From the human T2T-CHM13v2.0 reference genome, Homo sapiens, in the NCBI RefSeq assembly GCF_009914755.1, contig NC_060926.1: a DNA stretch of 64,000 bases; one strand, given 5' to 3'. Under the pieces are notes generated by a model that worked only from the letters and a program-made list of their open reading frames with translations, was not told the DNA's origin and searched no databases. Of this stretch, positions 42,723 to 58,372 are shown one piece after another. Made by a program: the position numbers and the translations under genes. The first letter of the stretch is position 1; each line of letters starts with the position of its first letter.

Positions 42723-43945
42723 GAAAATTCTGTATGCTGTGAAATTATTCTCCAAAGTGAAGGAAAAATAGAATCTGTCTTGACAAACAAAAATTGAGGG
42801 AATTTATTGTCAGTAGACCTGCCTTGCAAATAATGTTAAAAGACATTCTTTAAAGAGAAGAAATGTGAAATAGGTCAGAAATTCTGATATAGATAAAGGA
42901 AGAACATTATAGAAAGAATAAGTGAAGGTAAAATAAAAAGTCATTTTTTCTTATTCTTAATTGATATAACATAAAACATTATGACCAAAAGATAGTAGCA
43001 ACAACGTATTTGAGTTATAGCTTATGTATAAGTGAAATGAATGACAGCAATGACACAAGACATGGGAGGAAAAAATTAAGAATAGCTTGTTATCATATGT
43101 TACTTAAATTATCCGTGAAGCAGTATACTGTTATTTCAAAGTGGACCTGGATTAGATGTTGTATATTACAAACTCTATAGCAACCACTCAAAAAAATAAA
43201 AAGAGAAGCATAATTGGTGTTCTAAGAAAGGAGATAAAATGAAATCATATAAAATGAATTAAATGTTCAATTAAAATCACATATGACAGAAAAAGAGCAG
43301 AAGACAAGAACAATGAATAGAAAACAGTAACAAATATTGTAGATATTAATCCAATTATATCAATAATCACTTTAAAATTCAACCATGTAAATACAGTAAT
43401 TAAAAGGCAGAGATTGTCAAAGTGGATTTAAAAATAAGACTTAATTATCAATTGTCTATAAGAAATTTACTTGAAATATAAAGACACATATATATTAAAT
43501 GTAAAGAGATGGAGAATGACTCCAAGCATATCACATTGTGGAAAAGGGGAAATTACGCAGACGGTAAAAAGACCAGTGGTTGCCAGAGGTTAGGGAAGGA
43601 GAGGAAAGAATAGGCAGAGCACAGAGGATTTTTAGGGTAGTGGAACTACCCTGTATGATACTAGGCAGGTGAATATATCTCATTCTACTTTTGTCACAAG
43701 CCAAAGAATGTGCAAAACTGGAAGCATATCTTAAGCTAAACTATGGACTTTGAGTGATAATGTGTCAATACAGATTCAGCAACTGGAACAAGTGTACTAC
43801 TTTGGTGCAGAGATACTGATAGTGGGGGATGCATGGGTGTGTCAGGGAAAGGGGCATTGAAATATCTCTGTACTCTCTGCTCTATTTTGCTGTGAATCTA
43901 AAACTACTCTAAAAGCTAAAGAATATTTTTAAATTAAAAAAATAA
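42723..43945 (+). mobile_element. L1MC-type element: ORF1 end to ORF2 start, joined at ~43516 to an L1MC 3'UTR
   Basis: GACAAACAAAAATTGAGGGAATTT, GGCAGAGATTGTCA; then CAGTGGTTGCCAGAGG, GGCAGAGCACAGAGGATTTTTAGGG, AAACTATGGACTTTG. Confidence 0.8.
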
Positions 43946-46900
43946 AACCTGCCAAAAATATTTGACAGACCAGATACAATTAGTTAGATAATCTGCCAAG
44001 ATAAAAATATCAATTATGTTTTTACAAAGGTATTCATTTTCCTCCAAATATCTCTCCATCGGGATCCATTAAGGTCTTTGAGGCTATTGCCTAAAGCCAG
44101 GGGGAAAGAGGTGATTGGCTTGGCATTTTAACTCTGCTCTTGTTTTCTCAAATGGATATCAAATATAGCAACTGATAAGACATGTGGGGATAGATGTTAT
44201 GCCACCTCTTCCTTATGAATGCCTAGTAAAAGAGTTTGCTGTGTCATAGGTTGCTTTGCAAACCAGTTCTTTCTGCAGCTCCTACATCCAGCTGACAAAG
44301 GTCTTTCATAGTCAGGGATGGGAGTTTCAAAACTGACTCTATGGAATTCAGAGGATGAGTCCGCATGGGGTAAAGAGTGTCTGAACCTACACAGAGTAGG
44401 GCCTCGACAAGTTCTGTGGAATTACAAAATGCTACCCAACCTGAAAATATAATTTGATATGCAAATAAATAAGTTTGCAAATTCTACTGAGAATCTTGAT
44501 GAGCAATAAAAGGAACTGTTAATGCTGGTGGGAAAATCCTGGGTGCCTACACCATTTCCTAATGAAACTTGAAGATTTGACCATTCTGTCCATTTCCATC
44601 CTTGTTTGAGTGGTGTATAAGTGTTTTACCCCGCATTCAGTTCTACCAAAATTAACTGTGAGCCATCGTGTTGCTACATTGTGTTTATCCAATTTGTGAA
44701 TAAGTAAAAGGGAGTAATATGACCAAAAACATCAAGATACAGACCCAAAATGGAAACATTTTAAATGTTAAAATAGTACCTTACATCTACTCCACATTTC
44801 TACCTTGAACAATTACCATGTTGATGGGTTAACTTTTATAAACCGTTAGAATCCTACTAAGATGCCTGTTAAAATTTTATTTTCACTGTTACTTAATTCA
44901 TGATGAAAATGTCCTTATGTACATTAATAGACTAAATCCTGACATTAAGAACTCTGAAGTAGAGCAACAGCATATCTATACAAAGATTTCTAATTTTATA
45001 TTATCTTTGTTCCATACACTTGCTGTGACTTTACTTGGAATAGTCACATTTCTTCATCAGCGTCATTGTCCATAGGTTTCCAAATTAAATGCAATTACTT
45101 AAAAGGAATCAATAACACAGCTAAGACAGCTCAGACCCTGGGTGGTTCCTAAAATAAGTTTCTATCTTTTTTACCAGAACAATGTCTAGTCAAGTTTGAA
45201 GAATATTTTAAGAGGCCCTAAATCAGATTAAGTGCTGGCTTTCAGGTCTTGATATCTCGGAATGCTGCCAGATAGCAATCTCTGCTATTGAGTCATTTTA
45301 CATTAGGAGAGCTTGTTCTGATGATGCCCAAATGACTCATGGCTTCTAATTCTCTTAAAGAGAGCCATGAGACCTGCAATGTTAATTACATTATGGGACC
45401 GGGTGGAGGAGGACCATTTCTTTAATGGAAATGGATCCAAATTATGCATCTCAGGCTCCTGTGTGCAGAGTATTTTGGAGTACAGGCTTGTTCTAACAAG
45501 GAAGGCATTTTAGTCTCATGGCACCAGAGTTGTTACAGTTTCTACTTTGCAAATATATCTTTAATGAATGAAATACTAATTAGTATGACCAGAGTAATTA
45601 GAACATGTGGAATTTGGCCTCCTCTAGCCTAGGATGCCAGGAAACAACTGTATTGGGCAGCAGCTCCTGGGTGCTTGCATGGTGTACTGAGTGCAGAATT
45701 CATTCTGAAAGGACAGTTTTATAGGAAATAGCCATTTACCCTGAGTATGAATGATGGGTCTGGTACCCAGCTTGCTCCAGACAATATTTGTTTGATGGAA
45801 GGAGATTTTGTTATGCCTTAACCATAAAGACACTACCTACATTAATCAAGAATTATTTGAATTTTGTGTTTTTAAAAGAATGAATCAAAGGAGTTTTATT
45901 TCATGAGCTTTGTCTGGAAATACTGAGCTTTATCCACAAGAAAATCTCTTCCACCTCTCATTTCATACATCTGCTTTGGTGGTTCACACTGAAACAAAGG
46001 AATCAAATTATATCAATTCAAAATCCATATTCCTTAGATGCTGTGTAGGTTGTACAGATACTGAGTTTTATTTTCCACTTACCCAGAGCATACCTGGATT
46101 ATGGGTTATCAAATGCTTTGAGAGGGTTTTAGCTTTGTAAAGGCTATACAGAATGTATTAAGTTTAGTTCTGTTAAATAATGAGAACAACCTTATCCGCC
46201 ACTCTGAGTTTTAGGAGCAACTTGTGACAGAAGACAAAATGAAAAGGTACTAATTCATTAATTTGCAACCTTATAAGTCAAAAGACTACCTTTCCCTAGA
46301 TACAAAGTTGTAAAACCAAACAGAGGAGCTGGGATTAGCTGACCTTATAGCCGGGAAGAAAAGGCCCCAACATGTCTGACCCTCTAAGTAACACAGACAA
46401 AGGGAGGATCCTACAGAGATAGTTTTCCTGAAGACCAGGAGAGATCAGCTACTCAGGCACAGAAAAGCCATGCCTCCGAGACACATAGATAAAGGAGAGA
46501 AGCCGAGAGAAGCCTCTCTTGAGTCTGCTGTCTCAGATTCCACTTTGGGAGGCTTGTATTTGTTTTGTTTCATATAATTTAAACTACACAAATAGTTAAA
46601 GAACACATTCAAATAACAGAGTTAAAATGAAAATTCTCCTTCATTGTCCTCTCCCATATTCCAGGAACCTCCCCAGAGATGACTATTGACTATTATATGG
46701 TAAACAATAATTAAGTTCATTTCTTTTTTATGTTTTGCTGACTTTCAGTTATATACACATTTTGTTGTTATGAAAGCATATTCGTAAACGTAGATTATAT
46801 ATGGGTGTCTATATATGCATTATAAATATATACACACACATAAATATGTTTATTAGTTTGCTTTATTTTAACTGTTCAAATATATGGTACACGGATCTCC

Positions 46901-49809
46901 ACTTGTACTCCTGCCCTGCAAAAGGGTTGGGCCTGCCTAGTCATTTCTGACACTATATTTTGTTTTATTTTGTATATTTATATTTGTATCTCACCTATGT
47001 TCAAAAATTTCAGAGGTAATTTACAAAAAAAAACATATTCATATAGATACAGTGTAGCCAAAGATGAAGCTATCAGAAATTATATAGTCTGTTTGCCAAA
47101 AATATTCACAGTGAAATATTATATAAAAGTATATTAAAATATAAAAAGCTCTAGAAAGTCAAAGAAAATAATTTAAGTAAGTTAACAACTTTTAACTTTG
47201 TTGCAGTGCTTGCTGTTACACTGAGCCCAAACAGAAGCAGTAATGAGTTTCTTCTTAATGGAAAGTGGGAAACACAAATTCCTTAAGCAAAATTCTAAAA
47301 TGATATTCTCATGTGGAAGTCTACAGTAGCATTTTTATAGCAAATGTAATAGTGAATTACGTATGACTTTTATTTTTGGTGTAGTCTTACAATAAGAGTT
47401 GAAATAAATTAAAATGCAGGTTATGAAAATGATTCTGTTATCCAGGCAGTGACCTGGTTATTTAATGTGTATTAGAGAAAGCCAAGAGTTTGCCATCACC
47501 CACAAATTTGATGGTAGTTTTCTAAATCTCTGATGAATAGGGCAGGCCATAACCAGGGAACTATTGTTTTTGACTGTTCTTGACTGAGCACAAGCAGATG
47601 AAGAACTAGAAAATGCTCAGTGCCTGGTAGATTTCGTTTCCGCAGACCTGAATAGGATCAGTTCCTCTTGGCATAAAGGGATATTGGGTGATGCTGTTAC
47701 TGAATGCTCTTAGCCATTCTGGAAATGTTACTGGCTGGTCTGGAAGTTCCACCAATTTTTCTGTCCTTGCCTTCCTTCTGTAATTTCCCCCAGAGCCCTT
47801 GGTCCAAGTCTGAGAACAGAATACTTTTGTATTAAATTTACCTTAATTAAACCAATGTATACACTAAGATAAAAGAGCACCTATTGCCAGCAAATCCATT
47901 TAGAGATTTAAAAATATTTACCTCTTACTAAGTATGGCAGGCTCTGCATATTTAGTCAGAATGATAAAATTTTCTCAAAGACTTACAATCAGGTTCAGCT
48001 ACAGTAGTTTTCATTGTGGGAAATATAATTTAAAATTATTATGAAGGGAGAAAATATAATAAATTCATTATTCCATTCCTGCCCCTTCAAAAACAAAAAA
48101 CAAAAATCAAAAACCCTTTTTCCAGACTTGGGCTCATCACACAGTCCCCATGTTAATCCCCACATTAGACGTTCTGACAAGGTACTCCATCCTCTCTCAG
48201 CAGGGTCTATGTGTGCGGCACACTTTGAAATCTTTGATTGAAGTGTTGCCACTTTATAATTTCATTTTTCGTGGATAACAAATATGAGAATTCATTTGGG
48301 GATCAAAATAGAACATCTCGATGCTAGACTTGACGTTATCATTGTCGAGCTGTCAAAAGAAAAACTGATGAGATGGCAGATTATCTTGTTAAAAGAGCCT
48401 CAATTCAGTGGTTTGGAACTTACGAGCAATTTAGCCACACTGTCTGCAAGCCCATCTAATAGTGGGGCATCATTTGAAACAATACATACATGTTAAATAT
48501 GGGTTTTATTGATGAAACAAAGTCCATGAGCTCATTAAGTATGGACAGGTTTGGGGTCTCACATAAGTAAGATCACTTTTAATATCAAGTTTGTAAAGAT
48601 TTAAGAATACTACTGTGCAAGACTATTCCACAATGTAAGGAATGTAAAGATCTTGCATAGGTTGTACTTTACCATTGAAAATAAATATTTGATATACAAC
48701 CAGGTACTTCATTATTTCAAATCTATAGTCATTTTAAATACCCTTTAACTCAAAATTTTTACATTGTTGACGGTTGTTATAATAAAGTCAATTAAAGATT
48801 TCAAAAGACATTATATGCATGGGCCACCTTCTCTTTTCATATGCAACAAGAAGTAAAATGGGAACCCTCTTTCAAACCAGCAACTGCTCACAACTAATAG
48901 TGGTATGAGTAGGTATTTGTATTTCCACTGAGCATATGTGTATAAATGTTCATTCATTCATCTCACCAACAGTTATTGTGTACAATTTTCTTCTGTGGAT
49001 GTAAGCAAAGTTCATTAGGCTGATGGAGGGCAACTAATTTTTGCATTAGGTCACACTTAGCTCCCAGATCCCTCACGTCTCTCCTTTCTACTCTGCCTTC
49101 TGAACACACTACATCTACCAGCTCCTGGGTTTTTTTTTACACTCTTCCATGTGGGAAAGGGGAGCATTTATGATTCTCAAGAAACTGTGATTTAAGGTTT
49201 TTAATCACTTTTTATGATATTGTACTTCTTTAAAAGACTATAGAAAAGGACCTCAAAAGAATAAAAAGTTTGATGGTAAAATTTCAGGTCATGAAATATT
49301 TCTCCTTGAACTAGAAATTGTCTGAATCTTTTCCAGTAATTCTTAAAATCACTTGTGCAAAAATCACTTGTCCTTTATTCTTTCAATATGGTCCATTTTG
49401 TTAACCTAACCATAAACCAGTCTCACTATTTACATATGCGGTGTTTGAAGAATCCCAACATCTTATTCTCCACTGAGCTTGGGATCAGTTGAGAGATACA
49501 AATGAGTGTTGGACAGAGTTTATTGTTGATCAAACTGGAACAGAAGATTTGTTTTAGATGTGCAGCTGCAATGGACCAAAATAAACATATGTCCCCAAAC
49601 TACAGGCAAAGCAAGAAGGTAGACCAACCATTCTGCAGGCAGACTGACTCAGAGAGAAAAGAGGCAGCCAGGACAACATTCTCAGCTGCTTGTCCTAAAT
49701 TCATCAAGGGAAAAAGTCATTCTGCCCACCAGGGAGAGTAAGTAGAGTGGGCACAGAGGGCAGGAGCTTAGTCTAGCTCATGAGATCAACGAGCAAAATG
49801 GAAGAAATG

Positions 49810-50010
49810 TTACATTTAATGAGCACTTACTGAGAGCCTGAAATACAGTTCCAAACTTTATCTTGAGTATCTTGCTCTATTTTTGTTAAAGTCCCATGAA
49901 ATAGGTATTATCCTCTATTACACTTTAGGAAAGAGAATCTCAGAGATATGGTAACTTGCCCAAGTAGCAGAGCTAGGATTCAAACTCAGATTTCTCTTAA
50001 TCAAAAGCCA
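49810..50010 (-). mobile_element. MIR SINE
   Basis: TGAGCACTTACT, GTAACTTGCCCAAG, GAGCTAGGATTCAAACTCAG. Confidence 0.7.
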
Positions 50011-51274
50011 GAATACTGCCTATCTCCATGCATTGCTTTCCAGTACCTTATCAGGAAAAAAAAAAATTTCCTCCCTCAAGATGTGCTCATATTTTAAGTG
50101 GATAAAATATGTATGTATATTATTTTCAGTATTGCATTAGTGACAGCTGTAGATTGTTTTCAAATCAAAAATCTTGAAATGAACTCTATCAAGAAAAGAC
50201 GAAGCAGAACATCTACATGGGCATTCAGTTCCCACTCGATCTGTTGGTGGTCACGCCTCTCAACATCTGCCTTCAATAGCAGCAGAAAGTAATCATCATA
50301 AGATCACTATGCTTTCTCAGTCGGCTGTATCAAATATCTATAATTGCTCTTTAGTTAGATAAAAGTTACCGAGAACAAATAGAAACATTACTGTTATGCC
50401 TCATTTCTAAATTAAATATATATGTATTTTAGAAGACACTGAGTTATTTTAAATTATAGATATATATGAAGTGTACACCAGTGGGCCTCTCATCCTTAGG
50501 ATCACAAAAATAAATCTCAAAATTCAGAGGTATAAAGCCTGGAAAAAAAAGTATCTTTCAGTTTAGGCTTATTAAATGATATGCCTAAGTATTATCACCA
50601 GTTGATATCAACTATATTTCAAAATTAAAATTGTGATTAATTGGGTAGTTCAAATTCACTCTAATTTTTTAAAATAATGTTTATTTTCCTTCAGTAAGTC
50701 TTTGTGAGGCCCCGAGCCTCACAGATCTGCACTGTGGCATCTCAACTAAATCTGTTCTTATATCCTTCCACTGGGAACCACTTAATAGATAAACTGGTCT
50801 CTTTAAGAAAGAAAGGTTGATGGAAAGAGGTTCAAGAAAGTTGTAAAAGCTGATGAAATATCAAACAACACAATTTTTAAATTACTCTTCAAACATAGTG
50901 ATGAATTGAACAAGGGATGAGACACTAACTAGACTAAGTAAGCTAGAAACATGTACAACAGCAATCTGGCTTCTGGGGTGTCCCTAACTAACTTAAAGGA
51001 GAACAATATCAAAGATACAAGCCAACAGTCATGCTCAGTCTCATTTCTCTACGTTGGCCAGAAGTAAAAATTCTAGCCAAGATTAAAATGCTAGCCAAAT
51101 AGCTATCACAAGATTACAAGCAACAGAAGATCAGATTCTGAGACCAAAAAGGCTTGGGATCAACGCCTGATTTCACCTTGGATTTTCCAATTATAAAATT
51201 AGGAAATTAACAAGTACCTTCACTGGGCTGCTTGGACTTGCAGGAGTTCATATACATGTCAAGTACAATGCTGA

Positions 51275-51850
<576 letters not shown>

Positions 51851-52637
51851 TAACAAAGTATTCTTACCAAAGCATCTACATTTATTTAGCTTTTGAACTT
51901 TAAGCTTATATTTGTCACATAGAGAAGATAATGTACCATGTTTCCATAAAAAGGTAGCATCAGTTTAACGCTCCATCGACTAGATCTGTACTCTTTTCAC
52001 GTTCTATTTTCTGTTGTTCTCCAGCACCCAGCAGAGTACCAAGACTGGCCTGATTGTCCAGGGGCTGGAGCCAGGCCTGGTTCTGGTGAGTTAAGATGGA
52101 GCATTCCTGGTCAAGGCAGAAGACACCTATAGCCAAATGGATGGACAGAACTTAAGCCTGCAGGAGAAGGCTAAGGCTTTTGAGAGAGCACAGACAACCA
52201 CCAAAGAAGAGTGAGTGGCTCTGGACCAAGAGCTGACAGCAAGGTAGAGATGAGGAAGGTGGAATGTGGGCACAAGAGAAGGGGGAGGGGCTGTAGGCTG
52301 CCCAGAGTGCTTCCCTTGAACACCAGCTGATCTTTGAGATGCAAATGTGCAAGCCTAATATTTCTTGATACATAATTGAGATATTTTGACTTAGGTTTCA
52401 GAATATCTGAAAGGTGGAAATGGTTTGTGCTTAGAACTGGTCTCTCCATCTGACATGCAGAGTCTAACACGGAGCCAGCTCCCAACTGGAATCAAACCCA
52501 GAAGTAAAGAACCAGCCTCTGTCAGTCTGATCTCCCAAGCCCAAATCTATGAAGTGTTTATAAGTGCGACCCCCTTCCAACCCCTTCAAAATGTATGTTT
52601 TCATGTCTAAGAGAAAAGATTTGATTAAAAACTAAGG

Positions 52638-52974
52638 AGCTGCGTGTGGTGGCTCACGCCTGTAATCCCAGCACTTTGGGAGGCTGAGATGGGTGAATAG
52701 CTTGAACCCAGGAGTTTGAGACCAGCCTTGGCAGCATGGCGAAACTCTGTCTCTATAAAAAATGCAAAAAAAAAAAAAAAAAGCCGGGTGTGGTGGTGCA
52801 GGCCTGTAGTCCCAGCTACTCAGGGGGCTGAGGCAGGAGGATTGCTTGAGACTGGGAGGCAAAGGGTGCAGTGAGCAGAGATTGAGGTGTTGTACTCCAG
52901 CCTCAGCAACAGAGGGAGAGTGTCTCAAAAAAAAAAAAGAAAAGAAAAGAAAGAAAGAAAGAAAAAGAAAAAAG
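52638..52974 (+). mobile_element. AluJ with (GAAA)n tail
   Basis: GCTTGAACCCAGGAG, GGAGGATTGCTTGAG; TSD AAACTAAGG at 52629-52637 and 52975-52983. Confidence 0.92.
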
Positions 52975-53367
52975 AAACTAAGGTAATGGTAATGTATTAT
53001 GTTTATGCAGATATATAAACATAATTTTATACATAATTTTATATTAAGATCTCAAGGTCCTAATGCTCCCTCGTCTCTCCCTGCCTGGTGAGTACAGAAG
53101 ACAATGACTCAAATAATGAATAGGAAGGCACATACCAGAAGGTCCCTGTGAATCTGTGGTGACCCATGGCCTTCATCAAGGATATCCTTTTCTAGGAGAG
53201 CTTGGCTTTCATCAAGTATGTAGTCAGTAAGAAAACCAAGAGTCTGTTATAAAACTAAAGCCGTCCTGGAAGAAGCTGAGATACTTTAAACAGTGTCTGG
53301 ATCTGACAGATAATACTGGCTATCAATTATTGAACAATTAAGTTCATGCTAGATATCATTCATTATA

Positions 53368-53464
53368 TGCATACATACACACACCCACACATGCACATGC
53401 ATGCACATACACACGTACACATACATGCATGCACGTACCCACATATACACACACATACACACAT
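53368..53464. repeat. Alternating purine-pyrimidine (CA/CATG) microsatellite inside a decayed MIR
   Basis: Direct reading. Confidence 0.85.
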
Positions 53465-56400
53465 TATCACACTTATCACAATATCATATTCACTCCTTAA
53501 AGTAATCCTATCAAACTGAGGATATTATTTTCTCAATTCTGATTGATGAAATTGAGCTTCAGAAATGTTGAACAATACACCAAAATATGCACAACTGGTG
53601 GATCTATGCTTTAAAGCCAGACTTCCAAAGTTTATCCTTTTAACTCTTGTGCTATACTGCATCTAGGCAAAATGCCCACCTTTGGGACTGTTTCAGAGTG
53701 TCTGTTGTTTTCAATTCCTTCAAACTAATAAGAACCAGCCTGAGCCCAGGTCCCTGTCAACCCCACATGTTTCCCTTTCAGTCCCAAATCTGTCCCTGGA
53801 GGAGGTAAGCTCCTCAAATCTGGTTACATAGGAATGTGCAAGCCCAACCTGTATCTATTCTCAGTCTTTTTCATATTTATCAACAACATAAATTTTTTCT
53901 TAATATACGGCTGGGAGACCTACAGCAACTCAGCACTGAAGCAGTTAAGTTTATTATGTTACATCTAAGAGGAGTCCTGAAAACTTACTCTTGGCTTTTT
54001 CCCTTTTCTTTTTTCTTTAGTCAACCCCTGTAATCAATCACCAGTAGATCATTATACTGGCCACAAAGCAAACACATCACAGTCGCAGTTGCTATTTCCA
54101 TTGACTGAACATAAAGCCTGTGAGGCGCAGCATCCGGTGGAAGGCCAGGGATTCAGCATGGCTTAGCATTGCAGGCACCCTTTCCTGTGGGCTCTAAGGA
54201 AAGCAAGCTGTCTTTCCTGGCACCTCTTATTTTGTCCTACAGGAACATTGCAGGGTTGAAAATTTAAAATAATCCAGCTAATGCAGAATATTTCCTCTGC
54301 CCCCCACTGAGCCTACTCTGAATTTGTGCCAAAATAGCTATCAGTGGTGACTGAAAGTATGAGATGGCCAAGATGACATTCTCTCAGGAACAAAGAGAGA
54401 AGCACCTTTCCACCCTGGGCTCATCAGCGCTAATGAAAGATCAGCAAAAAGCCCAGCCAGGAGTAGGATAAAGAACCAGGAGACAGACAGCTCAAGAACA
54501 TTTCTTCTGATTAATTCATCAGTTGCATGTGATATGAAAGAATCAAGCAGAGTATTGTTTTTTTCACGTTGCTTTTTTGATGAGGGGCCAGAGGAAAAAA
54601 AAAAGCAAAATTCGAATTTCATCTATTGCAAGTAGACGTCATCTTATTCTAAAGCAAAGTCAGTTAAAGCTATTGTCACCTACACATGACAGATTCTAGA
54701 TTATAAGTGGCAATCTCTGCTTAGAGCTACAGAACACAGGTAAGAATTGTGGCAAAATGGTGTTGCCTTGGCTCATCCTAGGAGCATCTAGACTCCCTGC
54801 AGCCATGGAGTTATAACCTGAAGCAGGTAGAGAAAGATACATCCAGTATTTCCTCCTCGCTTTATTTAGGTCCTGAATCAGCAATCAGATTGAAATCTTG
54901 GCTCGTCTTCCTGGAAAAATCTATCTAATTCTGGGAAAAGGGTTAATATCAGGCCTGCAATGGTCTGTCTTTTTATAGGAATGCCTGAAAACAAAGCTAA
55001 GAAAAATATGGAATGTGTGCCTGCCTTGTTTGTTGTGAACATTTTTTTTCCTGTAGGATGGCACCTGAGCTTGGGAAGCTGTGAGGTGGCAAGTGAGCAC
55101 TGGGCCTATGATATAGAATTGGATAAACATGGTGGAAATCTTAGCTTCGCTCTGTCAGCTTGGCAAGCACACCTTGGCTCTCATTTGCAGCAAGTATACT
55201 TGCTCCTTATGGGAGAGGGCATTTGAAATCCTGATTACTTGGTAGCTATTGTGCTATGAGACAAGATGCAGTGTGGACAGTGTTTCCTACTGTATGTTCC
55301 TGTAAGGCTCAGTATGTGCCGTATTAGATTGAAGCCGACTGGATCTTGTGAGTTTGGTTGCCAGTTAGGTTGAACCCTCCTTACTCACTGCAATGCTGGT
55401 GTCCAACTTTCCCTTGATCCTGGCAGCCTTTGAGGGACCTAGGTGAGCTCTATTAATTCCATTTGTCATTTTAATTAAGTTTATACCTATATTGACTTAG
55501 AAATCCAAGACAAACTTGATGTTCCAATTAGTGTTGAAATAGCTTTATTTTCCCATTTCAGCCAAAGGGAAAGGCAGCCAAAAGGGTTTAGGACTTTTAT
55601 ATTGAGTCAGGTCCTCAGTCAAATGTTCTCAATCAGATAATGTCACAAGGAACAGCCACATAAGACTCACTTTTTATTGATAGCAAGTTCTGACTATGTC
55701 ATCTTGAACATTTTTACATTGTTACTAGATGCATTAATTCTGAGACTAATAAGACATTTCTTAAATCAAAATTAGCATGACTGATGTTCATGGAAGTTAT
55801 GGATACCCCTGGCTAAAGGAAGTAGTCCTAACCTCAGAATATTTAGTAGCTTCTCCAAAGAGATGGAGCCCAAAGGTCCAGCTAAGATGTCACTTAGTAT
55901 TATCTGACATTGCTACACAATGTTCTCATCCCATGGGCTTCATAAAACTATAGTAACCCTCAAAATGTGGTTTGAGCATATCAGCAATTATTCAAGAAAA
56001 AAATCTAAGTGTTTTAACTATCCGTAGTATCAAAGAACAAAGGAACTTACTAAGAAATCACTGCACACCTCAAATCCATTATCTGCCTATGGGTCGATGG
56101 GTCCAGGAGCCACTGCTGCTACCAACAGAGAATAATGGCTTCCCTTTCTCTTTAATCTTCCAAATATCATTCAACTGCTTCTTACTAGTGAAAACGTAGG
56201 CCAGAAATGTCAAAAGAATATGTAAAATACAGGTTTCAGGTTTCTAGCCATTAGGATACAAATTAGAGTTTAAAGGATTTGAGATGGTATTAAGTATCAA
56301 TAGACAATATCTAGCATACTCAGAAGAAAAGACAAACCACGGCAGAAGATGCAAAAAGGATGCCAAGGAGTATTCACCTATACTATATCAATGAAAAGTA

Positions 56401-56638
56401 AGAATCCAGAGAGAGCTGACAATTATGACATCAACAAGATGATCATAATTAGCATGGCAACTAGGTAAGCAAATAAAGGAAATATAATAATGTAAGAAAG
56501 AAAAAAGGAAGGAAAGAAGGAGAGAGGGAGGGAGAAAGGTAAAAGAAGTTAGGAACTAAGAAGAACTCATTCTGGAAGAACACATTACCCATGGAATGTA
56601 ATAAAACTTACCAATGCTTTAAGATATAGCAGAATTTA

Positions 56639-56809
<171 letters not shown>

Positions 56810-57239
56810 TCAAAATCCAGGTGATAAAACAAAAATATAAGAAGAAAAAATTCAGAACAAAGAAAGCAAGTTGAAAATTAAAAGACAATTAGATATTTAA
56901 TTATCATATTAAGGGGAAAAACAAGGACTAAATAAACTTGCTAAGAATCAAATTATTGGAATAAATTGATTAAATTATTGGATAAGAATCAAATTATTCC
57001 AATAATTTGATAATTCTCCTGAATTCCAATAAGATTAAAAGGAGAAGAAACATTTAAAGAAATTAGGTAAAATATGAAAGAGAAATGAAAGATTTTAGGT
57101 CTGGAGAAAATAACAAATCTTGGTTTTTCATCTGTTCACTCGTTTCCCCTCCCAAAACATGACACCAACAAGAAGGACAGATTAATCTACAGAAGGCTCA
57201 TGCCTTCCGCATTCCTACGAGAGTGAGAAAATGCAACTA

Positions 57240-58372
57240 TGGTCATGTGGAAAGCACAACGTATAAATGATGAACTTGGATATTAACTGAAAATATTTTC
57301 ATCCAAAGCGTTGAAGGTACAGCGTGGTTTCTTTTTGCTTCTTATATAGTAAAATATTAGAAGAAAAAAAAATTGAGGGGAAAACTGTTAAGCTGCAAGG
57401 AAGCAGAAGTAGATAGATGGGCCATTTTTAGACATTCCAAATATCAAAAGTCCTTAAAATGAGGAAATTTACTCTCAGGAAAGCATGCCCTGGAGAGAAA
57501 GCCAAAGGTATGGCTAAACAGCTTGGTGTGTCAGAAGAATGAAAAGGTCAGAGTATTTAGACACAAAGAGGATTCTTTGAAAACATTGGCATGTTATTTA
57601 TGGATCCTCTCAGTCATCTAAGCCAGAAGATAAAAGTAGAGATGGAATTATTCAGGTAAAATCTGTGAAGGAATCTCTTATCTAGTAGGGTGAACCCTGA
57701 GACATACACAGGAGACCCACACTGTCCACTGTCCGTCAGATATGATACCAACAGAAACATTGCGAGCTCAAAATGAAAGAGACGTAAAGAGTATAACATG
57801 GAGGAAGAATGCTGGACAACCAAAATTCTACAGACTGGAAACAGACTGATTAAACTATTCAGCAGCCAGAATATGCTAACCCTCATGAAATTAAAATGAC
57901 TCCAAGGACAGAGCCATAAGCCCAAAGAGTGGAGTCATGAACCACAGAGGATTGCTTCCAGTCCTCCAAAGCCAGCATTGTTTACCTGGCTGGATATTAG
58001 AATTGCTTGGGGCTGAGAATTCGTTATTTCTTTCTGTTTTCTATCCTTCTGAATAAAAATGTCTGTAATTGTTCTATTATGCCTATCTCACCATTGCATC
58101 ATAGATGCATATAATTTGTTTTCTAGCTTTATAGGTCTGCAAATGAAGAGAAATTTTGCCCCAAGATGGATTACACACAGAGCCTCACCCATACCAAATG
58201 CAGATGATTTAAATGATGAGATTCGGGAGTTTTGAGTTAATGACACTTAAATGAAATTTTTATTTGATGGGTGATGGCATAATGGGCTCAGACTTTTGGG
58301 GGACCTTGAAATGGGGTGAATGCACTTTGCATATGGGACAGATGTGAATCTTTGGGAGTCAGAGGGCCAAGC
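57240..58372 (+). mobile_element. MLT1 internal region (MaLR), 3' part
   Basis: AATGATGAACTTGGATAT...; ends in purine tract GGGAGTCAGAGGG immediately before the LTR. Confidence 0.75.
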
